DNA from: Phycisphaerales bacterium
GTDB taxonomy: Bacteria; Planctomycetota; Phycisphaerae; Phycisphaerales; UBA5793
NCBI GenBank assembly: GCA_043101845.1
Contig: JBICHN010000011.1
Coordinates: forward strand, 274,635-338,634
DNA length: 64,000 nt
Direction: 5' to 3'
Each line of letters opens with the position of its first letter. Position 1 is the stretch's first letter. Below the pieces are notes generated by a model. The model was given only the letters and a program-made list of their open reading frames with translations. It had not been told where the DNA came from and made no database searches. A program made the position numbers and the translations under genes. This document shows positions 10,278 through 21,567 of this stretch, piece by piece.

Positions 10278-11252
10278 TCAGCCGCCGCCGTCCCCGTCCG
10301 CGTCGCCGTCGCCGTCCTCCGCCGCCGCAACATCCGGCAGCGCCGCGACCGGATCGCCCCAGCGCGCGGGCGCCGACTCCACCGGCGTCTCCGCGTCGTA
10401 CGCGATCGGCTCGCCGAGTTCGGCGGCCACCCAGTCCTGAGTTTCCCACTCGACCGGACGCGGGTAGAACTGGCCGCGCTGGAGCACCTTCGCGTCGGGG
10501 AAGCGGGCGATCGCCTCGCCCCAGGTCGCGTGGTACCACGGCGCGCCGGTGAACCGGCGCATCGGCAGGCCGCGCAGCGGCCCCGCGATCGCGCGGCCCA
10601 TCGCCGGCCACCACAGGCTCTCCGTGTCGCGATCCCAGATGAGCAGGGCCGTCATCTCCTCGAGCACGCCGATCTCGACATACGCGAACCCCGCGAAGCC
10701 GAAGGTGAGCGTCCGGTCCTCCGCATAGGAGCGCTCGTACACCGTCAGGATGTTGTTCATGAGGTCGTGATACACGAGCACCGGCGTCTCGCCGACACGA
10801 TCGTTCACCATGCGGTACTCGATGAGCGGCACGGGATAGATCCGCGGCCCGTCGGGCGCGTCGAGCACGAGCGTGAAGTCGCCCTCGTCGAGAATGAGCT
10901 CGCCGTCCTCGTTCATCCACGACGCCGCGTCTTCGATCGTCGTGAACTGCGGCTCCCAGATTCCGAGCCACGCCTCGCGTCCGAAGCCGTACTCGAGCCC
11001 GCCCGCTTCGAGCTCGACCCAGTTCGTGATGTCGAAGTCCATCGCGTCGTCGTCGCCGCCGTGCAGGTAGCGCCGGCCGTCGCGCTCGATCGGGTCGGCC
11101 GTGCCCGGCTCATCGTTCGCCGGGGTCGGCGTCGGAGCGGGCGACGACTTGAAGACGCCGGTGACCATGTCGCGGTAGCGCTGTGAGCCGATCGCGAGCA
11201 CGATGTTGAGAAGCAGGAGCGCGAAGAGCGCGATGACGAGCGCCTTCGACAT
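10278..11252 (-). CDS. DUF3179-like exported protein
   Basis: N-terminal TM; YGFGRE..I.EPQF, YP...MVNDRVG..PV, LLIWDRDTESLW......AIAGPLRG, TW.E...FPD.KVL. Confidence 0.65.
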   Translation of the reverse strand: MSKALVIALFALLLLNIVLAIGSQRYRDMVTGVFKSSPAPTPTPANDEPGTADPIERDGRRYLHGGDDDAMDFDITNWVELEAGGLEYGFGREAWLGIWEPQFTTIEDAASWMNEDGELILDEGDFTLVLDAPDGPRIYPVPLIEYRMVNDRVGETPVLVYHDLMNNILTVYERSYAEDRTLTFGFAGFAYVEIGVLEEMTALLIWDRDTESLWWPAMGRAIAGPLRGLPMRRFTGAPWYHATWGEAIARFPDAKVLQRGQFYPRPVEWETQDWVAAELGEPIAYDAETPVESAPARWGDPVAALPDVAAAEDGDGDADGDGGG

Positions 11253-11407
11253 GGCGCCGCGATGGTGGCGAACACGGCGCGACGGATGAGCAGGCCGGGA
11301 CGACGGACGCATCGAACGAACTCCTTCTTCAGTGTGACGGCTGCGGACAGACTCGCGAATCATTGGCGCCGAACCGGCGCGCCGCCGACCCGATCGTCGA
11401 CGGACGA

Positions 11408-12436
11408 TCAGGGATCGAGGTCGCTGATCTTCTTCGGGCGGAACCACGGCGCCTCGCGCGACTCCTTCTCGATCTCATCGACCACGCCGAGGACCAGGGC
11501 GAACAGCGCCATGCGCACCGGCACGCCGTTCTCCGCCTGACGAAAGACCGCGAGGTTCGGCAGGGCGTTGAGGTCCGCGTCGAGCTCGTTCGCCTCGGGC
11601 CGGCTGTCACGCGGCAGGGGATGCATGATCACGGCGCCCGTTCGCGCCGACCGCTCGAACCGCTCGCGGGTCAGCGAGTAACGCCCGCGGTACTGATCGC
11701 TGTCCTCGGAGTTCTTGAACCGCTCCTGCTGCGTGCGGGTCGAGTAGATGACCTCGGCGTCGGCGATCCCCGCGTCGAGATTGTCGGTCACGCGCACCGT
11801 GTGGCCGCGCTCGCGCGCCCGCTCGATGACCGTGTCGGGCATGCCGAGATCCGGATGCGAGACGAAGGTGAACTCGACCCGGCGGAAGAGTGCGAGGAGT
11901 TTCGTGAGCGAATGCACCGTGCGCCCGTACTTGAGGTCGCCGACCATCGCGATCTTCAAGCCGTCGAGTTCCTTGAGCGAGCGCCCGGTCTCCTTGTGAA
12001 TCGTGTAGAGGTCGAGCAGCGCCTGGGTCGGGTGTTCGCCCGGCCCGTCGCCGCCGTTCAGGACGGGCACATTCGTCGCCTCGGCGAACTCGCTCACGGC
12101 GCCCTTCTTCGGATGGCGGATGACGATGACATCGGCGTAGCCGCTCACGACGCGGCTCATGTCGAGAATCGATTCGCCCTTCGTAAGCGAGGAATCCTGC
12201 ACGCCGGTCGTGTCGCGCACGGCGCCGCCGAGCCGGTTGAACGCGACGCCGAAACTGATCCGCGTGCGCGTGCTCGGCTCGAAGAAGAGGTTGGCGAGCA
12301 CGGCGCCCTCGAGGACGCGCGTGACGCGCCGGCCGCGGGCGAACGGCTCCATCCGCCGGGCCACCTCGATGATCGGATAGAGGTCGCCGCGCTCGAACTG
12401 ATCGACGGAGAGGATGTGCGAACCGGTGAAGTCCAT
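11408..12436 (-). CDS. pyrB: Aspartate carbamoyltransferase catalytic subunit
   Basis: FFEPSTRTRISF, KGESILD, NGGDG..EHPTQALLDL, GDLKYGRTVHS, R.QQERF, MHPLPR, NGVPVRMAL. Confidence 0.96.
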   Translation of the reverse strand: MDFTGSHILSVDQFERGDLYPIIEVARRMEPFARGRRVTRVLEGAVLANLFFEPSTRTRISFGVAFNRLGGAVRDTTGVQDSSLTKGESILDMSRVVSGYADVIVIRHPKKGAVSEFAEATNVPVLNGGDGPGEHPTQALLDLYTIHKETGRSLKELDGLKIAMVGDLKYGRTVHSLTKLLALFRRVEFTFVSHPDLGMPDTVIERARERGHTVRVTDNLDAGIADAEVIYSTRTQQERFKNSEDSDQYRGRYSLTRERFERSARTGAVIMHPLPRDSRPEANELDADLNALPNLAVFRQAENGVPVRMALFALVLGVVDEIEKESREAPWFRPKKISDLDP

Positions 12437-12497
12437 GCGCGTCGCGGATTGTAGCGGAGGAGTGGAAATGGAGAAGTGGACGGCGGGGCGGGGGAGC

Positions 12498-12924
12498 GGA
12501 ATCACCACAGAGTCACAGAGGCGCAGAGGCACAGAGAAGAGGTGGAGAAAGAGTGGCAGAGGTGATGGAAACGAATTCATCGTCCACAAGCCGGACTGGA
12601 GCGCCGACAAGCCCCGCGCCGTCGAGCGGAGGTCCGGTTCGGGGGGTCACGGAGATCCGGAATCACCACAGAGTCACAGAGGCGCAGAGAAGAGCTGGAG
12701 AAAGAGTGGGAGAGGTGTTGGAATCGCCGGAATCGTCCACAAGCCGGACTGGAGCGCCGACACGCCCGCGCCGTCGAGCGGAGGTCCGGTTCAGGCGCAC
12801 GAATCAGCGCACCACGATCAAGTACAGTTCCGGGATCTCAAATCTCAAATCTCAAATCTCAAATCTCAAATCTCAAATCTCAGATCTCAGATTTCAGATC
12901 TCAGCCCCGAAAGCCGTGGCACAC
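12498..12924. repeat. Composite repeat mosaic 2: 2x ~153-bp unit plus 10x heptamer ATCTCAR
   Basis: Hairpins at 12591-12637 and 12744-12789 nearly identical to 8520-8566 and 8672-8718; heptamer array 12835-12904. Confidence 0.9.
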
Positions 12925-13104
12925 ATACAACCGCCGCCCCGCCGGGCCCCGCCTCCGCCTCGATCGCTTCCGATAACCGCCGCGCCATACCGCCTGACGC
13001 TGGAATCGCCCTTCCGCTTCGCCGATACCTTTCCTAGACTGACTGGCCGGCCGCGGCGGACATCCGGCGAACGCCGGCCCGCCCCGCCGCGTACCGAAAC
13101 GAAC

Positions 13105-13638
13105 ATGACCCGACGCGAAACGCACAACCCCGGCTCGTTCTTCGGCGTCGCCCGCACGCTCGCGCTCGTCGCGCTCTGCGCGAACGCGATCGTCGCGTCG
13201 GTCGGCGGCGCCCTGTGCTATCGCGTCACGCTCGCGTCCATCGGCGCCTTCGCGGGCGACTGCGTCCCCGTCTGCTGCGACGACGAGCCGGTCGACGCCG
13301 CCGCGCTCGCATACGACGACGACCATGATGAGGACGACGACGAGAACCGTCCGTTGGTCCTCGACCTGCTTGCTCTGCTCCCTGTCGATGATCTCGGCGG
13401 CGACGGCGACGACTGCTGCTGGTCCCGCAGCGCGGCCGAATCGACGACCACCGCGTTGACGCTCGATCGATCGGGCGCCGCCGCCGATGACGCGTCGATT
13501 ACTCTCGCGCCGGCGCCGATCGGCGCCGCGTCGATCGCGTCCCTCGCCCTGAGCCGCGCCGCGATCCGCGCCGGCCAGAGCGCGCAGCCGCCGCCCGACT
13601 TCGTGGCGTCGCGGCGCTCGACCATCCTGCTCGTCTAG
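13105..13638 (+). CDS. Small membrane/exported Cys- and Asp-rich protein upstream of the metal-efflux operon (CzcI-like position)
   Basis: Hydrophobic N-terminus, CVPVCC and DDCC motifs, acidic DDDHDEDDDE run, C-terminal PPP....RSTILLV seen in small proteins preceding metal transporters. Confidence 0.5.
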   Translation: MTRRETHNPGSFFGVARTLALVALCANAIVASVGGALCYRVTLASIGAFAGDCVPVCCDDEPVDAAALAYDDDHDEDDDENRPLVLDLLALLPVDDLGGDGDDCCWSRSAAESTTTALTLDRSGAAADDASITLAPAPIGAASIASLALSRAAIRAGQSAQPPPDFVASRRSTILLV

Positions 13639-13812
13639 CTCCCCAACCATCTCCGCCGCTTGACGCGTGCGCGCCATCGCCGCCGTTGCGCTTTCCCGAG
13701 TGCCGCTCCGGCCGCGCCTTCGCGTCTTCTCGACTGTTCCGGCCGATGGCCCCGTCGCGGGGAGCGATTTGTGTTTCGAAGACCATCTACAGCGATCTCC
13801 TCTCGAACCGTC

Positions 13813-15231
13813 ATGATGACGATGGCGCTCGCGTCGCTCACCATCGGCGCGAGCTGCGCGCGGAATAACCCCGAAGCGTCGCGCGTGCTCGACGATCTCC
13901 GCGCCCGCGGCCTCATCAGCGACGCCGACTACACCGGCTCCTCGGCGACCGCCGACCCGTCGCCCGCCCGTGACCTCGAAGCCCCGAACGATCCGCGCGT
14001 CGACGCGCTCCCCGCCGACGGCCCGCTCGACCTCGCAGCCCTCTTCGCCGCGGCCGACCGCGCGAACCCGCGCCTCGCCGCCGCCCGCGCCGCGGTCGGC
14101 GAAGCCGGCGGCCGCGCATGGCAGGCGGCGCTCGCGCCGAACCCGACCGTCGAACTCGAAGTCGAGAACGCGCGGCTCAAGGACGGCGGACTCGGCGATG
14201 TTGAAACGACGATCGGCGTCGCCCAGCCGATTCGATCCGCCGACCGTCGCCGCGCCGCCGCCGCGGAAGGCCGCTCGCGCATGACCGCGGAGGAGCATGC
14301 GTTCGACGCGACCCGCCGCGCGATCCACGCCGACATCCTCCGCGCCCTCGTCGAATACGCCTACGCCGACGCCGCGGCCCGCCGGCACGAGAACCTGCTC
14401 GACTTCGCCGGCCGCACGCTCGAACTCGCCGAGGGCCGCTTCGAACGCCGCGCGGCGCCGGAGTCCGATGTCATCCGCGCCCGCGTCGAATCGAACGAAC
14501 TCGAACTTGGCGCCGAGGAGCAGCGCGGCCTCGGCGCCGCGTCGCTCGCGCGTCTCGAAACACTCCTCGGCGGGACGACGATCGATCCGACGCGCCTCGA
14601 CCTCGAGTTCGCGCACGCCCTCGCCGCGTTCACCCCGCCGGCTCTCGACGAGATCAAGCAGGACCTGAGCGACGAGCACCCGGCGCTCCAGGCCGCCCGA
14701 GCGCAGATCGAAGTCGCCGAGGCGACGCTCGAACTCGAACGCGAGCGCCGCGCCGACGACCCGACGATCCGCGCCGGCCTCGGCTACGCGCACGGCGACG
14801 ATGACCTCTTCCTCGAAGCCGGCGTCGGCGTGCCCTGGCCGCTCTACGACCGCAACCAGGGCGCCGTCCTCGCGGCGCGCTTTGCGGTCATCCGCGCCCG
14901 CCGCGAAGCCGACGCGGTCGCGAACGAACTCCTCGGCGACCTCGCCGCGTCGTACGAACTCTGGCGCTCGACCGCGCGGCGGCTCGACGCCTTCGAAGCG
15001 CAGATCCTCGAACCCGCGCTCCGCTCCTACGAGCAGACCCGCGCCGGATACGAAGCGGGCAAGCTCGCGTTCGTCGATTTGCTCGACGCCCAGCGCACGC
15101 TCGCCCGCGCCGAACTCACGCACCTGTCCCTCGAGCGCGCCGTCGCGCTCGCCGTCACCGACATCCTCGCCGCGCTCGGCCCCGGGCGCGCGCTACTCGA
15201 AGAACCACCAGCACCGGGAGAAACACCGTGA
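13813..15231 (+). CDS. czcC: TolC-family outer-membrane efflux lipoprotein (CzcC-like)
   Basis: Lipobox-like GASC; QAALAPNP, VPWPLYDRNQG, YEAGKLAFVDLLDAQRTL; first gene of an RND operon. Confidence 0.85.
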   Translation: MMTMALASLTIGASCARNNPEASRVLDDLRARGLISDADYTGSSATADPSPARDLEAPNDPRVDALPADGPLDLAALFAAADRANPRLAAARAAVGEAGGRAWQAALAPNPTVELEVENARLKDGGLGDVETTIGVAQPIRSADRRRAAAAEGRSRMTAEEHAFDATRRAIHADILRALVEYAYADAAARRHENLLDFAGRTLELAEGRFERRAAPESDVIRARVESNELELGAEEQRGLGAASLARLETLLGGTTIDPTRLDLEFAHALAAFTPPALDEIKQDLSDEHPALQAARAQIEVAEATLELERERRADDPTIRAGLGYAHGDDDLFLEAGVGVPWPLYDRNQGAVLAARFAVIRARREADAVANELLGDLAASYELWRSTARRLDAFEAQILEPALRSYEQTRAGYEAGKLAFVDLLDAQRTLARAELTHLSLERAVALAVTDILAALGPGRALLEEPPAPGETP

Positions 15232-15641
15232 AATCACTTCTTGGCGCCGTCATCGTCTTCGTCCTCCTCGCCGCCGGCATGGTCGTGGGATGGTTCATGC
15301 TCCGCACGACCCCCGCGCCCGCGCCGAACCCGACCGCCCCCGCGACGACCGCCGCGAACACCGGCGAAAATGCGACCGAAGCGCACGGCAGCTTCCCCGC
15401 GATCCCCGCCGGCGCGACGCTCTGCGAACCACACCGCATCCCCGAACTCGTCTGCTCATTCTGTGATTCGTCAAAGGTCGAGGAGTTCGGATTCTGCGCC
15501 GGTCACGAGGTGCCCGAAGCCCACTGCACGCGCTGCCACCCGATCCTCATCGCCGCCTTCAAGGCCGAGGGCGACTGGTGCGCCGAGCACGAACTCCCCG
15601 AATCGCAGTGCACGATCTGCAACCCGTCGCCCGAGGGGTGA
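15228..15641 (+). CDS. Membrane-anchored Cys/His-repeat metal-binding protein
   Basis: N-terminal TM; three C-x2-H-x2-PE-x2-C-x2-C repeats; GTGA overlap with the czcC stop. Confidence 0.75.
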   Translation: MKSLLGAVIVFVLLAAGMVVGWFMLRTTPAPAPNPTAPATTAANTGENATEAHGSFPAIPAGATLCEPHRIPELVCSFCDSSKVEEFGFCAGHEVPEAHCTRCHPILIAAFKAEGDWCAEHELPESQCTICNPSPEG

Positions 15642-15710
15642 TGGATCGACTCGAACCGGCGCGCCGCCCTCTGAGCGCGGCGCGCCGACCTTGCCTCGAC
15701 AGGACCCGTC

Positions 15711-17087
15711 ATGAAAACCTTCGTGACCTACCTCATCATCGGCCTCGTCGCGCTCGCCGCCGGCGTCGCGCTCATCTATTCCGCCGACCGCTTCGGCTGG
15801 ATTCCCGAGCGCTACGCCGACAGGCCACCGGCGGACTCCGACGCGTCGTCAACTGATCCGACCGCGCCGCCGAGCGCGAGCCCAGGCGACAACGACAACG
15901 ACAACGGCGTCATCGTCCGCAACGCCGCCGCCGACGCGTCCGACGCGATCGAAGTGCTCCGCACCGCCCGCGCGCCATCGGCGACCTGCACGAACGCGTT
16001 CTCGACCGTGCGCCTCGCGTCGCCCGAAGTCGCCCGGCGCACCGGCCTCCGCGTCGTCCCGGCGCGGACCGAATCGGTCGAACTCACCGTGAGCGCGAAC
16101 GCGCGGGTCGCCTTCGACGAGAGCCGCTACGCGCACCTCGCCTCGCGCGCCGCCGGCGTCGTCGCCGAAGTCCGCGCCGACCTCGGCGACCGCGTCACCG
16201 CCGGCGCCGTCCTCGCCGTCGTCGACTCCTCCGAACTCGGCGCCGCGAAGGCCGCGTACCTCCAGGCCCGCTCGCTCGTCGAACTTTGGGAACGGAACGC
16301 CGCCCGCGAGCGCGACCTCCTCGAAGGCGGCCTCGGCGTCGAGCGCGATCTCCTCGAAGCGGAGACCGCGCTCGTCGAAAGTCGCGTGCAGGAATCGAAC
16401 GCCGCGCAACGCCTGCGCAACCTCGGCCTGAGCGACGATGACCTCGCCCAGGTCCGCAGCGACGCCGACACCTCCTCACGCCTGCCGCTCGTCGCGCCGT
16501 TCGACGGCGTCGTCGTCGACCGCCACGCCGTGGTCGGCGAGGTCGTCTCGTCGTCCGATCCGCTCTTCAGCGTCGCGGACACGAGTCGCATGTGGGCGAT
16601 GCTCGACATCAATGAGTCCGAAGTGACGCGCCTCGAACCGGGACAGCCCGTCCGCCTCCAGTTCGCGTCGATTCCCGGCCGCGCGTTCGCCGGCGCGCTC
16701 ACCTGGATCAGCCCGCAGGTCGACGCCCAGACCCGCGCGATCCGCGCCCGCGCCGAGTTCGACAACGCCGACGGCGCGCTCCGCGCGAACATGTTCGGCC
16801 GCGCCCGCGTCGAGGTCCGCACGATCGACGACGCGCTGCTCGTGCCCGAAGACGCCGTGCAGTGGGACGGCTGCTGCAACATCGTCTTCGTCCGCCAGAC
16901 CGACACCGTCTACCAGCCCTACCAGGTCACGCTCGGACCCGAAATCAACGGCTGGTTCGTCGTCGAGGACGGGCTCCGACCGGGCGACGAGGTCGTCACG
17001 CGCGGCAGCTTCCTCCTCAAGACCGAAATCCTCAAGGGGAACATCGGCGCCGGCTGCTGTGAAGTCGACCCCGGCGCGAACCGCTGA
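15711..17087 (+). CDS. czcB: RND efflux periplasmic adaptor (CzcB-like)
   Basis: TM anchor, lipoyl/barrel motifs G.V.EV...LGD.V..G..L, APFDGVV, NADGALRANMF, GL.PGDEVVT.GSFLLK. Confidence 0.88.
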   Translation: MKTFVTYLIIGLVALAAGVALIYSADRFGWIPERYADRPPADSDASSTDPTAPPSASPGDNDNDNGVIVRNAAADASDAIEVLRTARAPSATCTNAFSTVRLASPEVARRTGLRVVPARTESVELTVSANARVAFDESRYAHLASRAAGVVAEVRADLGDRVTAGAVLAVVDSSELGAAKAAYLQARSLVELWERNAARERDLLEGGLGVERDLLEAETALVESRVQESNAAQRLRNLGLSDDDLAQVRSDADTSSRLPLVAPFDGVVVDRHAVVGEVVSSSDPLFSVADTSRMWAMLDINESEVTRLEPGQPVRLQFASIPGRAFAGALTWISPQVDAQTRAIRARAEFDNADGALRANMFGRARVEVRTIDDALLVPEDAVQWDGCCNIVFVRQTDTVYQPYQVTLGPEINGWFVVEDGLRPGDEVVTRGSFLLKTEILKGNIGAGCCEVDPGANR

Positions 17088-17124
17088 CGCATGACCAGCC
17101 CGCATCCGACGACACCACACTCCA

Positions 17125-17153
17125 TCTCTTCGTGACTCCGTCTCTCCGTCTCT
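17125..17153. repeat. Octamer-type repeat TCTCTTCGTGACTCCGTCTCTCCGTCTCT inside the czc operon
   Basis: Identical to 25255-25283. Confidence 0.7.
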
Positions 17154-17174
17154 TCCGCTTCCCGGACCCGCCCC

Positions 17175-20288
<3,114 letters not shown>

Positions 20289-20870
20289 ATGAAGAAGTAG
20301 AAGTGACGGATCGGTGAGGGCGAAGGATGCCTCGAGGATTGGCGCCCAACAGCGCCCCCAACTCAACTTAGCCCCGGGTGAATACACCCGGGGAAACGGC
20401 GCCCGTCCGCGCGAACGCCTCGCGGCTCCGGGGGATCGACCCCCTCCACCGCGACCCCGCTCACAGAGCGCGGCTCTACGGAAAGTGAGCGAACAACCAC
20501 CGCCCCGGGGTGGAACAGGCCTCTGTGCCTGTTCGAGGCTCGACGAATCTCCGGATTCAACCCCCGAACAACAACGGACGCCCGAAAGAAAAAACCCCGC
20601 ATGCGAATGCGGGGCCTGCTCACCCGGAGTCACCCCGGCGCAACCCGCAACGCGGCGCGACACCCGTTTGCCGAACCGTGTGCCACTGCCGTGTCGGCAG
20701 TGCGAAGCGGCGGACGGCGCGTGAAACGGCGTGCGCTCACCTCGGCGCCGGCGCCCTCGTCCCATTCGCACGGCCTGGAAGGCCGTGGCACACGAACCGA
20801 CGGCCGACCGTCCGCGTCACCCTCCGCCGCGCACGCGTCACACGCATTCCGGTACACTGACCGAGAGCCG

Positions 20871-21458
20871 ATGCCGTCTCCCCGCGCGAAGAACGACACC
20901 GACAACGAACGCGACGCCACCACGCCGCGCTTCTTCCGCTTCCAGAAACGATCACGCCGGCGCCCCCGTCCCGGCGACCTGTTCGTCATGCGCGAGCGCG
21001 CCGACCCCGGCCGCTACCTGCACGGCCTCGTCGTCCGGACCGACGCGGACATCAGCCGGACCGGCCACGCCGGCAGCCTCATCTACCTCTTCAACCGGCT
21101 CACCGACGAGCCGCGCCCGGTCGACGACCCGATCGCGACGATGCGGCCCGCGAACCTGCTCCTGCCGCCCATCATCACGAATCGACGCCCGTGGACGATG
21201 GGCCTGTTCCGCACAATCGACGATGACAGTTATTCGATCGACGACTTCGAGCTCCTCGACCCCCACATCTTCGACGCCGTCATCCCCACGAGCCGCCGCT
21301 TCGTGAACGAACACGGCGACCCGGTCGACGCCGAAACCGTGACCGCAATGACACGCCACATGACACACCACCACCCCCGCCCCTTCCTCGAAGCCGGCGT
21401 CGTCGGTTACCTCTACATCGACGAACTCGCGGGGGAGGCGCTGGGGTGGGAGAAGTGA
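20871..21458 (+). CDS. Immunity protein Imm26-like
   Basis: R.RPRPGDLF......Y.HG.VV.....LIYLFN.......LLLPPIITNRRPW..GLFRTI resembles the Imm26 pattern. Confidence 0.65.
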   Translation: MPSPRAKNDTDNERDATTPRFFRFQKRSRRRPRPGDLFVMRERADPGRYLHGLVVRTDADISRTGHAGSLIYLFNRLTDEPRPVDDPIATMRPANLLLPPIITNRRPWTMGLFRTIDDDSYSIDDFELLDPHIFDAVIPTSRRFVNEHGDPVDAETVTAMTRHMTHHHPRPFLEAGVVGYLYIDELAGEALGWEK

Positions 21459-21514
21459 CTTGGAAGGCTATCCGAACTCGATCGGCATGATATTTTGGGG
21501 CCTTAGCACAACCG

Positions 21515-21548
21515 AAAACGAAACCGCTGCGGAGTTGTCCGCAGCGGT
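21515..21548 (-). terminator. Rho-independent terminator of the FG-GAP gene
   Basis: 11-bp stem ACCGCTGCGGA/TCCGCAGCGGT (21523-21548) followed on the minus strand by TTCGTTTT, 20 nt after the stop at 21568. Confidence 0.75.
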
Positions 21549-21567
21549 CTCAGTTCAAGGTGATATG

